Source of the DNA: a virus
Direction: 5' to 3' (one strand)
IMG/VR virus record: IMGVR_UViG_3300049846_000568
Location: 32,001 to 96,000 of that record
Length of the DNA: 64,000 nt
The notes under the pieces are model-generated. The model was not told the DNA's origin and made no database searches. It saw only the letters and a program-made list of their open reading frames with translations. Below are positions 34,826 through 44,052 of the stretch, one piece after another. Each line of letters begins with the position of its first letter. Position 1 is the first letter of the stretch. The translations under genes were made by a program, and so were the position numbers.

Positions 34826-36082
34826 CTAGTTGGTGTACTCGATATTTAGGCCAGATAGAACTGGCGTTGCTCCACCATCGCTCTTAGATAGAGTGACTTC
34901 AATCCAAACCTTCTTTGAGTTCGGAACTGCAGTAGTTGTATAAATGCCGATATCTTCCGCCACTTCCCATATAACCCTATATGAGAAGACATCTGGAAGC
35001 TCACCCTCTAGAATGTTCCAAATCTCAGGGGTAACATTGGTTACGCTAGAGATTGTCTGTCCATCAGGGGCGTCGAAACGAATGATCGTCCTACCAGTAT
35101 CAGCAAACTTATCGTACCGAGCATCCAGCTTAGATAGGCCATACGAATAAACATACTTGTTATCTTCCAACATATATGTCTGCTGACGAAGCTTGATCTT
35201 GATACCCGTAATAGCTGTTGGATTAAAGTAGAAGATCTTAGGCCCGGAGTTGTTGATCTCATCACCGGTCCAACCACCAGGTGGAACCCACCCAATCGCC
35301 CTTGTATTACCGTCATACATGGCGTCGTTGTTTAGTGGAATATACGAATCGGTTGTGTTAAGTGCCACATCAAAGTTTGTGGTGTACTCTACATCAACAA
35401 TGTCGCAGCCCATGGTTGGGAATGGGTGTAGAATGATGCAGTTTGTATTGTCGTTAACGGTCATATCGGTTGGGAATCGCACATGCAAAATCACTTCAGC
35501 GCCGTTAACGTTAGGCGCATCGACCACCACGTTACGCTCCCATACGGTGCCAACCTGCTGCAGCACAGCATTGTAAACATCTGAGGTGTTCAGTCTTGCC
35601 GCAACCGAATCAGCGGTATTAGATACACCCTGGGCGAGAGCTTCGAATGTTGACGGGATTACATACGTTCCGTCAGCATTTTGCATCTTCAGCTTAGAGA
35701 ACGATGAAGAGGCGTTCTTAGGAAGCGTAATGATGCTGTACTGCCCATCCCAGCTGCACTCTGCGTCAGTTGATACCGCAAAATCTGTCGTTGAAAAACG
35801 ATCTACATCAATCTGATCTGGATCGCCAAACGTTAGAATTGTGTCGCCAGCTTCAAGAGCGGCGATGCGGCTCGTGAGATCGTCTAGGACCTTGGCAATA
35901 GACAACTCTTCCTTGAAAATGCGCTGACGAAGCAGGCGAAGCTCCTCATCTGTAATACCCAACCTGTTGACAAGGGTCATTAGATCCTTATAGAGGTTCT
36001 CGATACGCTCGTTGTACTTGTCACTTGTTGTAGGGCCGCGCCACTGTGCGTACTCCTGCTTTGAATACAAAGCCTCACTCAT
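34826..36082 (-). CDS. tail/baseplate structural protein (418 aa)
   Basis: N-terminal coiled coil, beta-rich body, C-terminal TPxL motif shared with neighbours. Confidence 0.7.
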   Translation of the reverse strand: MSEALYSKQEYAQWRGPTTSDKYNERIENLYKDLMTLVNRLGITDEELRLLRQRIFKEELSIAKVLDDLTSRIAALEAGDTILTFGDPDQIDVDRFSTTDFAVSTDAECSWDGQYSIITLPKNASSSFSKLKMQNADGTYVIPSTFEALAQGVSNTADSVAARLNTSDVYNAVLQQVGTVWERNVVVDAPNVNGAEVILHVRFPTDMTVNDNTNCIILHPFPTMGCDIVDVEYTTNFDVALNTTDSYIPLNNDAMYDGNTRAIGWVPPGGWTGDEINNSGPKIFYFNPTAITGIKIKLRQQTYMLEDNKYVYSYGLSKLDARYDKFADTGRTIIRFDAPDGQTISSVTNVTPEIWNILEGELPDVFSYRVIWEVAEDIGIYTTTAVPNSKKVWIEVTLSKSDGGATPVLSGLNIEYTN

Positions 36083-36092
36083 ATTACATCCT

Positions 36093-36425
36093 TTAGATAG
36101 CTAGGTCCTCAAGTCTCTTAACTCTGATTCGCATACGCTCAACCTGAGCGGCGATCTCGTCAAGGCCAAGGAGTACAAGATCTTGATCACCAGCGTCGGT
36201 CTCATACTGAACACCATCCACCGCTCCACCATTAACAATGGTATCAGATACCTCGTCTAAAAGCTCGTCCATATTGTCTAGCTTGTAATCGCTGTTCTTG
36301 ATATCGAAATAGTACTGACCTATTTCCTGGTTGATCTTTAGACTTTCGCGCACACCCTTGTAACGATGACGCCACCTAACAAAGTTTGGTTGATAGATCT
36401 TAGTTGTATCAGTGTACAGAATCAT
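36093..36425 (-). CDS. small structural protein (about 110 aa)
   Basis: N-terminal motif resembles that of the 418-aa neighbour. Confidence 0.65.
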   Translation of the reverse strand: MILYTDTTKIYQPNFVRWRHRYKGVRESLKINQEIGQYYFDIKNSDYKLDNMDELLDEVSDTIVNGGAVDGVQYETDAGDQDLVLLGLDEIAAQVERMRIRVKRLEDLAI

Positions 36426-39400
36426 TACACAATCCACCAGTTAGTACCGTCAGACACAAACGAGAACGCTGCGTATGGTGTTGACCAGGTCTTCTGCGAA
36501 GGGGTGGCGGCGTTGTCGATATTGCCACTATAGCAGTCAACAATAACAGAATTGGCGTCTGCGGTGATCTTCTTAACCGTGTACATCCTACCCTCATATA
36601 GTGAAGGGTCTGGAAGAATAATGCTCTTACCCGTAGATGTCGTATCGACTAGAATGATAGACTCAGAGATATCTACAACATACTCAGAAGGTGTTGCGGC
36701 GTCTGCGGTTACAGTTGTGATGGGGTTGCGAAGAGCCCTGGTAGAGATATCGACACCAGTTCCCCATCCATCCCCATCCTTATTGTATGGACCGAAAAGC
36801 GTGACCGTGCTTGGATCCAAACCGTTGTCGACATAATAGTTTCCGTACTCACTGTCAAGTTGGAATGCCCCATCCCTGAAATCGGCCCAACGCGCGCCGT
36901 TGTAGTCGTCGTTGATCTGAGTATGTAGAGCAATGCCGTGTGAATTGCCGGTTAGATATGTGGCGTCGGTCGCCGTCGTCATTAGACTGCCGTTCAAATA
37001 GAAGCTGAAACTTGGACCGTCCATTGAAACAGACACTACCGTACCCACAGCGTTGGTACCCAGGAAAGTCTTTAAGGTTGTAAAGGTTCCGTTCACACAC
37101 TTAGAAAAAGCCCAAGCACCATAACTGACGGAAGCAAGAAGTGCATAGAAGTTGTCTGGGTCTTGATACCTCAAAACAAGACCCTGCCAATTCTCGGCTA
37201 CGCCACTACCATCGTCGCCAAACTTTGTACCAACCGCAACATCTGGGGAACCTAGGTTACGGACAACAAGATTCTGCTTACAGTTATACGTAGCAATATT
37301 GGGCGAAATTGTGGTACCGTACTTGAAATTATCGAGTCTCGTTGTTGTGGTGATGGTCTGGTTTGGGCCACCAATACCTATATACTTTGCATTGGCGTTG
37401 GTGTGCTGCAGTACAGCATCCACAATGGTGTATGTATAGGTAGCACGGAGGCCATATGCCACAATCTTTGTGCCGTCATGCACTTGATAGAAGCGCATAA
37501 CATCGTCGTCCCCGACTTCAACACGAATGCCGTAACCAGCACCAGTAAGTACGTCTGTCTCAGCGGCTGCGCTTACTCGGGTAATTACGCCACCAACACA
37601 CTTGTATACAGCATAGCCGCCAAAGGTTGTATTTGGAACCACCATAAGCCAGTTGTTTGCGTCTTGGCAGCGAACAATAATGCCAAGATCGGCGGCGAGA
37701 GACGAAGTGTGGGCGGCGAACAATATCTGAGCGCAGTGAGTTGTGGAGTTAGCATCACGAATAAGCATGTTCTTGTTGCTAGCGCCATTTGCTGTTAGGT
37801 AAAGCTGCTCGCCGTTAATACCCCAAGTACCAGACGTCTGTGTCCAACCGTTATCTACTACACTGGTCGAATCATCGCGATCAAACTCATCAACAAAGTC
37901 TGGGTTTGTAAACTTCGTGCTTACAAGATATGCCTGACCATAATCGTCAATACCCCAACCACCGGTTACTGGTGTCCATCCAGTACCGCCAATATCTGTG
38001 GCGTCGGCGGCTCTTTCAAAATCGTCTGTGATAATTAGAGGATCGCCAGCGCCAGAGTCCCATACGGGCAGGTCAACCTTTGGGGTAACCTCGTCTGACC
38101 AAAAGCCAAGCAGGTTGCGACTTGAGACACCCTCATTGAGGGCGGCTACAATTTCCTCTAACGTTGTCTCAGCAATAACCTTTGCGCCCTCTGCGTTAGG
38201 GTGCAAACCATCCTTAGAGAACCACTTAGCGTTGCTGTTTACTGTCCAAGTAGCCGTAGTACCGCCAAGAGGCGTATCGTTGTCAACCAAACGTACTGTT
38301 GGATCATTAAACCAGTCAACAACAGTCTGAATCCAATCGTTAATGATGTCGTGTACGTCGGGATCTTGTAGGGCGGCCCAGACCCATGAACCGTTTGGTG
38401 GCTGAATCATATTGGAGACCAAAACAAGCGGTGGTTCGTCCGCTTCAATCTGCCAATAATCAAACTTCAGCGTTGCATCACCCTGTGGTACGGTGCCAAC
38501 AACGGCTCCAGTATAGCGAATTTCAATCTCGTGCTGCTCGACCAAGCTTGTTGTCGTTAAGGATGAATCCCTGCCGCTTGTCCCACTCGTGGTTGGAACG
38601 GTAGGAATCCACATACGGTAAATCATTCCCGTTTTCTGATGATAGGTCTGACCAGAACTGGTTGAATAGTTTGTGCCAAACGCTGTACCGTATGCCGCGC
38701 CGCGGCCATTGTTCAGCGTGCCGTGATAAACGCCGTCAAGGTAGATATCGGCGGTGGCGCCTTCGTACCCACCAATGAAACCAAGATCTACCCATACACC
38801 ATCCTGGTAGCGACCCATATCGCTTGGGGTGGTAATGGTTACCTTTGCACCTGGAGAGTTGGTGTAATGGAACCCCGTACCCGAACCCCAGGGATCGCCG
38901 CCAATACTTTCATATGTCCTAGCGGTCCAGCTTCCGGTGTACGCTATCGTTGTTGTGTCTGTGTTCTCGTAGACAGAAGCCGCCCTATACCTAGCAATGA
39001 CGGTCTTATAGGCCTCTTTAAAGGTCCATTCATCCCAGTTATCCGTGCGATAAAACACTGTTGCGTCATTTGTGCCCCACATGGTGAAGACAATGCCCGC
39101 GTCCGCCACACGTGGAGCATCTACAATACCGGGGTTAACGTTCTGAAGAACTGTTTGATAAGTACATGTGCCGTCGTGCCAACGAATCACACCACCAGAA
39201 ATAGCAATATTCTGCACCTGTGTGGGAAGAAGGCCTAGCATAGCCTTGATACGCGCACCGGTGCACTGATTGGCTGCTACACCGATACCGTTTGGGTCCA
39301 TATAAGAATGGCCCGCAATTTTAAGAGATGATACCTGTGGAGGAGTTGGCCCCTGGCTTGTAATCTGCTCGAAGTTTGCGCTATTGAATGAGGTACCGCT

Positions 39401-39700
39401 CGTATGAGCGGTTGTTACCTGATAGGTGTAGCCACGATACCTAACGAGATCGTTTAGGGCATACTCGGTCCCTGCGGCCCAAGTACCAACGGGATTCAGG
39501 TGGGTTTTTGCCGCTTCCGCATCGAGGCGCGACGAGACACTAGCGTGACCACCACTGGGTGTCGCGCCCAGTTCAAGCTCAATCGCCTCAATTGCATCGT
39601 TTGCGTCGGCGTGGATCTGCGCATGGCTGGGGCTATCTTGTGTCTGTGAACTTAGCGGATTGTAGAGTGTATCAAAATCCTCGGGGTAATTAGTGGCCAC
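36425..39700 (-). CDS. tail fibre/receptor-binding protein with CBM-like, SGNH esterase and lectin-like domains
   Basis: WAAGTEYALNDLVRY CBM; GHS, SG, GTND, DGLHPN; repeated DxFxR..W..WGI domains; SDGTNWW end. Confidence 0.8.
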   Translation of the reverse strand: MATNYPEDFDTLYNPLSSQTQDSPSHAQIHADANDAIEAIELELGATPSGGHASVSSRLDAEAAKTHLNPVGTWAAGTEYALNDLVRYRGYTYQVTTAHTSGTSFNSANFEQITSQGPTPPQVSSLKIAGHSYMDPNGIGVAANQCTGARIKAMLGLLPTQVQNIAISGGVIRWHDGTCTYQTVLQNVNPGIVDAPRVADAGIVFTMWGTNDATVFYRTDNWDEWTFKEAYKTVIARYRAASVYENTDTTTIAYTGSWTARTYESIGGDPWGSGTGFHYTNSPGAKVTITTPSDMGRYQDGVWVDLGFIGGYEGATADIYLDGVYHGTLNNGRGAAYGTAFGTNYSTSSGQTYHQKTGMIYRMWIPTVPTTSGTSGRDSSLTTTSLVEQHEIEIRYTGAVVGTVPQGDATLKFDYWQIEADEPPLVLVSNMIQPPNGSWVWAALQDPDVHDIINDWIQTVVDWFNDPTVRLVDNDTPLGGTTATWTVNSNAKWFSKDGLHPNAEGAKVIAETTLEEIVAALNEGVSSRNLLGFWSDEVTPKVDLPVWDSGAGDPLIITDDFERAADATDIGGTGWTPVTGGWGIDDYGQAYLVSTKFTNPDFVDEFDRDDSTSVVDNGWTQTSGTWGINGEQLYLTANGASNKNMLIRDANSTTHCAQILFAAHTSSLAADLGIIVRCQDANNWLMVVPNTTFGGYAVYKCVGGVITRVSAAAETDVLTGAGYGIRVEVGDDDVMRFYQVHDGTKIVAYGLRATYTYTIVDAVLQHTNANAKYIGIGGPNQTITTTTRLDNFKYGTTISPNIATYNCKQNLVVRNLGSPDVAVGTKFGDDGSGVAENWQGLVLRYQDPDNFYALLASVSYGAWAFSKCVNGTFTTLKTFLGTNAVGTVVSVSMDGPSFSFYLNGSLMTTATDATYLTGNSHGIALHTQINDDYNGARWADFRDGAFQLDSEYGNYYVDNGLDPSTVTLFGPYNKDGDGWGTGVDISTRALRNPITTVTADAATPSEYVVDISESIILVDTTSTGKSIILPDPSLYEGRMYTVKKITADANSVIVDCYSGNIDNAATPSQKTWSTPYAAFSFVSDGTNWWIV

Positions 39701-39715
39701 TACGGTCTTCTCCAG

Positions 39716-41998
39716 CTATTGGGCGTACAGGAATCTCACTCTATAGAGATCAAGAGAGGGGGTGACGTGGGGATTCTCGACGGATCTCTGAAGGTCTGCT
39801 TTCACCCTAATCGCTGAAGGGCCAGCGTTCGTGGACTTAGCGTACTTGAACCTAAAGTTATCCGTGGGCTGTCTCCTTGAGATGATCTCCTTCTTGTTCT
39901 CCCCTACTTCTCGTATAGTAAACGAGAAAGGCGTGTTTACTTCATTGTATTGCATATGGAAAAAGTCGACATAAGTCCAGGTAGCGAGCTTAACTGTGCC
40001 GAAATCGTCAAGATTGCTATCTTCCATTAACAGTAGTTTGCCGTCGTAAACCTGAGGTACATCATCTGTGGCTTCAGGAATAGTGACCAGCAGTACAATA
40101 TGGTTCAATCCCTCTACAAACTTCCACGGAATAGCAAGAAAGTCAGTCCCAACATCTAGTACACCGATCTCACGACCATTGAGATAAACCTTAACGTCCC
40201 AATCTTTTGCGTTGGCGTCTGCTTTGCGGAAGTTTCGAATGAATAACTCAGTGGCTGCGCCCGTCTCTAGGTATGTCTCTACATAAACATAGCGATCGCT
40301 CTCACCAATAACGCTACCATCAAGGATGCCCTTGCCTTCATCTATACGCATGTAGATTTCGGATGCTGTTGAGGCACCACTGATGTAGTCGGTCCAAAAA
40401 GTTAGATCATTGTCTGCAGTAGAGGAGGATGCGACGTGGAGAATGCGCGCTGTATTCACACCCTCCTCTAGGACTGCGGATGAAGGAATGATATCATCGC
40501 TGAATTCGGCTAGACGCCAAATATCCGTACCCTGAATGATATTCGGGTTTGGATTTAACTGCGATGGCTCTGTCCCCTCAGCATTCTGGGGAAGGATGAG
40601 CTGAAGTTCCCCATTCTGAGGACTGGATGTGATGCTAACTACTGATGTTCTGGCGCCACCAAAGCGCACAATGGAATCTGGAGACCTATCCACCTTTTCG
40701 ATGGGCTTAATCTTCTTCCATTCAAAGTCGCCAATACCGGGATCGGCGCTGTCTATATCTGCCGCCACCCAATACGTAATTGACGTATCGGTGGGCACTG
40801 TTGCGTTCGCTAACAAACTAACCGCGTCGATGACGTGTTCTCCGTCAACCTCCGTCGGCAGGGAGAGAGCCTTTGAAACGAGGATAGCCTCTTGATCATA
40901 CACGTGCTGAGTAAAGACGATGTCTTTGGCGCCAAAGATGTAACGATAAACCGTTGTACCGGAAGCGGTACGAATTGAATAGTCGGGCGTATTCTTGCGC
41001 AGGAAGAACGATACATGTGTTGATTTTCTGAGATTGTCCGCAAAGACCATCTTGCTGGCGGAAGTGACGATCTTATTGTCAAAGTCGTCACCCTTAAAGC
41101 CCATAGCCGCTAAAGAGGCGTCGTTGAATTCGGGAGGGATCGAAATGGTTCTCTGACTAATGGTACGACCCTCAGGCTCCCCAGCAGATAAGTCCTTTGT
41201 AGTCGATAACCTTGTATCGTATGTTCGAACCATCGTTTGCACAGGTTCAACGCCCCAGGGATCAAACTCGATTCTAGAGATATAGGCGGGTGTGTCCTGC
41301 GTACCAACTGGCACGGTAAAGACCACAATAACTTCCGCCTGGGTGTTAGACTCTACTTCTACCCCCCATATAGTGTTGTCCAAGCCGTCGAGAGCATTCT
41401 CGAATGGGGAAAGAACCTTGTACTGGGCCCTGCTGCCATTTATGGATGCCGTCAAATTGATGTTATTGCCGATCTGGTTAATTGGGACCGGTCTCGTAAG
41501 GTGGCTATTAGCCGGGATTGTCACCTTTCCAGCAGCGGTATCTACAAGAGCTGTAGTCAGGGACAAGTCTATATTCTCTAGGTTGTCAAAAGTATCCGAC
41601 AACGCCATAAAGTAGCCATCAGCATTGAAGAGTGTGAATAGGTAGTCGTCAATCTGAGACATAAGCGCCCGTCTACGAAGGCGCAATCTCTCTAAGCTAC
41701 TCTGCAAAACCGATGTGGTCATCATGATATCGCGAATCTGCTCAAGGGCGGCTTCATACGCTACAGATAGATTGTGCTGCATGCCGAATAGTGCGGCGTT
41801 CATGTAGTCTACATTTGATCTCTGTCCGTCTGACGCAAAACCTTGAAGCGGCTTAAGTGGTGTGCCCGGGGGATACTTGGAAAAGTATCTGGATACCTCA
41901 GTCAAAATATCCGACAATCGCGGTTTCTCACCAGAGGCATAGAATGACCTGGTAACTTCCTCAAACAGTCTGCGACGCTGAATACCTGAAATGCTCAT
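39716..41998 (-). CDS. tail/baseplate structural protein (760 aa)
   Basis: Position; shared terminal motifs with paralogous neighbours. Confidence 0.7.
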   Translation of the reverse strand: MSISGIQRRRLFEEVTRSFYASGEKPRLSDILTEVSRYFSKYPPGTPLKPLQGFASDGQRSNVDYMNAALFGMQHNLSVAYEAALEQIRDIMMTTSVLQSSLERLRLRRRALMSQIDDYLFTLFNADGYFMALSDTFDNLENIDLSLTTALVDTAAGKVTIPANSHLTRPVPINQIGNNINLTASINGSRAQYKVLSPFENALDGLDNTIWGVEVESNTQAEVIVVFTVPVGTQDTPAYISRIEFDPWGVEPVQTMVRTYDTRLSTTKDLSAGEPEGRTISQRTISIPPEFNDASLAAMGFKGDDFDNKIVTSASKMVFADNLRKSTHVSFFLRKNTPDYSIRTASGTTVYRYIFGAKDIVFTQHVYDQEAILVSKALSLPTEVDGEHVIDAVSLLANATVPTDTSITYWVAADIDSADPGIGDFEWKKIKPIEKVDRSPDSIVRFGGARTSVVSITSSPQNGELQLILPQNAEGTEPSQLNPNPNIIQGTDIWRLAEFSDDIIPSSAVLEEGVNTARILHVASSSTADNDLTFWTDYISGASTASEIYMRIDEGKGILDGSVIGESDRYVYVETYLETGAATELFIRNFRKADANAKDWDVKVYLNGREIGVLDVGTDFLAIPWKFVEGLNHIVLLVTIPEATDDVPQVYDGKLLLMEDSNLDDFGTVKLATWTYVDFFHMQYNEVNTPFSFTIREVGENKKEIISRRQPTDNFRFKYAKSTNAGPSAIRVKADLQRSVENPHVTPSLDLYRVRFLYAQ

Positions 41999-44052
41999 TA
42001 GCGCTTTCTCACTTTAAGTTTGTACCACTTAACAACTGGGGTGGACGAGGCGTTGAGGTCCGAACCTGTAGATGCCGTGTTTGCGTCGGTCGTTGTGGAT
42101 GCTGGACGAGACAGCTCAATCTTGAGCCTCACCGAATTTACGGTGCTATTAACGTTGTAGTACCCGACCCCAGTTTCGTGAAACTCCTCTGGCAGAGGAT
42201 CGTTGAAAGCAACGATCTCTGGAATTCCCAAGAAGTCATCCTGGATTCTGGAGATTGGGAACCAGTTAATCCCATCGTCTGGGGAAACAAAGAATTTGAC
42301 CCAGAGCTGCCCATCAGACGTTGGGAACGAGGATGGAATGTCGATGTCTGCTTCAAGAGAAACGCGATCAACAATGCCATTAATCTTGAACGGTTTTGAG
42401 ACAATAACACCAACTGGCTTATATAGTACCTCGTCAATGGTCACATCGCGCACTCCAATAGCCCATCTTTTACCCTGGAATGCTTCAACCTTCTTAACAA
42501 GATCGCCGTTTGAAGAGTATCGCGGGTCATTGTATTGAGCGGGATTGACCACGGTCGGGATTGGGCCCTCTTTACGCTCGCCGCCAACCTCTATCTCCGT
42601 AATGCCGCCACCACCACTGCCACCACCAAGGCCAATTTCGACATTGACATTGTCGCCGCGGAACTTTCTTTGAATCCTCTTCTTCGTTTCCCAGTAAACG
42701 TGCCCGACAACACAATCTACTGGGTACTTCTGACGAATCTGGAATCGAATATACTTCACGGTACGTTCGGAGAATACCCACACCCCACTACCAACCACAG
42801 AATTGTCTGCGATACGTGCGGTTTCTAGGTTCTTCTCATTTGCGATCCACATATTCGTAGGGTTCAACTGTATCCAAGTGCTACCGTCTTCTGACGTTTC
42901 TACCTTTTCAACGAGAATTGGATAATTCTTGTTGTCGGTAAGAGCATATGGTACTAGCGTAATGGTGTTGATCTTTCGCAGCTCTTGAAGTTCAACCTGA
43001 AAATCAAGCTTCAAAACACCGGCGTCATTGCCAGGAATGTAGCGATAATTCCCGCCGAAAAGCGTAAGGAGGGCTTTAGGCCCTGGATTCGAAGCGATAT
43101 CAACCGGTTGACCACCAAACTCCTTGAAAACAGGTTTCTTGCCGCCGGGAGCCCCGAGTTTAACGCTCTGCTCGAGACTAAAGCCTGGTCCAGTCGCCCA
43201 GTCAACCTGGACCTCCTTAGATGGATCGGCGGGGTCTGGCTTCCTGTAGGTGAAGTTAAAGCCTTCAGCTTTAATGCGATCTTCTGGATCCACCATATAG
43301 TATTCGTACTCGATCCAAGTAGTCGGATCTTGATCAATAGTCGAATCTAGTCTCGCATGACGATCATCCTGACCAAGGAATGTGAGATCCTGCTGCGCTT
43401 CTTTGTCGTCATAATATGCGGCGGCGGAGTTAAAGCTGCGAGGATCAATTTCCTGATTGTTACCAAGAAAACCGTTTGACGAATCAAGAATAGTCACCTT
43501 AGCTTTACTCAGAATCTTCTCTGCGTCGCTGGTCGCCTTGCTTAAGGTTAAAAAGCCGGGATACTGAATAATTGCCTTTGTATCCACCGGCGTCTTTGCA
43601 TTGTCAACTTGGTCTTCGTTTAGGAAATAGTCACCAAATATGATGACATCATTATCCTGCGCGCTAGAGTAAAGCTGTAGGGTCTTTAGTTTGTTTGACG
43701 CCTGGGCATTTTGTCGCTGCGCCTTTAAGATCTCAGTGTTCACATAGTTGAACAAGAAAATAGCGCCGGCTCTAGCATAGTCTGTCTGCTCGGTCAGAAT
43801 GTTGATGTCATCCTGCATCTGCTTGAACATGCGATTCATCTTCTCTGCCAGTACAGGTTCACCCTCTACAAATGGGTCAAACTCAAATAGCGGCTGTCCA
43901 AGTCCGTTCAAGAATGTGGTAAGAGCAGACTTGAGTTCGCGTGCGACATCGTCTGGAGACTTGAATTCCTTACTAAGATACTTGTTCTGTAGATCGCGAA
44001 TAAGGGATACGGCCTGGGACTGAATTAGTGTTGTTGGAGCTAACTGCGTCAT
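41998..44052 (-). CDS. tail/baseplate structural protein (684 aa)
   Basis: Position; shared terminal motifs; discoidin-like stretch ETSEDGSTW...VKYIRF. Confidence 0.7.
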   Translation of the reverse strand: MTQLAPTTLIQSQAVSLIRDLQNKYLSKEFKSPDDVARELKSALTTFLNGLGQPLFEFDPFVEGEPVLAEKMNRMFKQMQDDINILTEQTDYARAGAIFLFNYVNTEILKAQRQNAQASNKLKTLQLYSSAQDNDVIIFGDYFLNEDQVDNAKTPVDTKAIIQYPGFLTLSKATSDAEKILSKAKVTILDSSNGFLGNNQEIDPRSFNSAAAYYDDKEAQQDLTFLGQDDRHARLDSTIDQDPTTWIEYEYYMVDPEDRIKAEGFNFTYRKPDPADPSKEVQVDWATGPGFSLEQSVKLGAPGGKKPVFKEFGGQPVDIASNPGPKALLTLFGGNYRYIPGNDAGVLKLDFQVELQELRKINTITLVPYALTDNKNYPILVEKVETSEDGSTWIQLNPTNMWIANEKNLETARIADNSVVGSGVWVFSERTVKYIRFQIRQKYPVDCVVGHVYWETKKRIQRKFRGDNVNVEIGLGGGSGGGGITEIEVGGERKEGPIPTVVNPAQYNDPRYSSNGDLVKKVEAFQGKRWAIGVRDVTIDEVLYKPVGVIVSKPFKINGIVDRVSLEADIDIPSSFPTSDGQLWVKFFVSPDDGINWFPISRIQDDFLGIPEIVAFNDPLPEEFHETGVGYYNVNSTVNSVRLKIELSRPASTTTDANTASTGSDLNASSTPVVKWYKLKVRKR

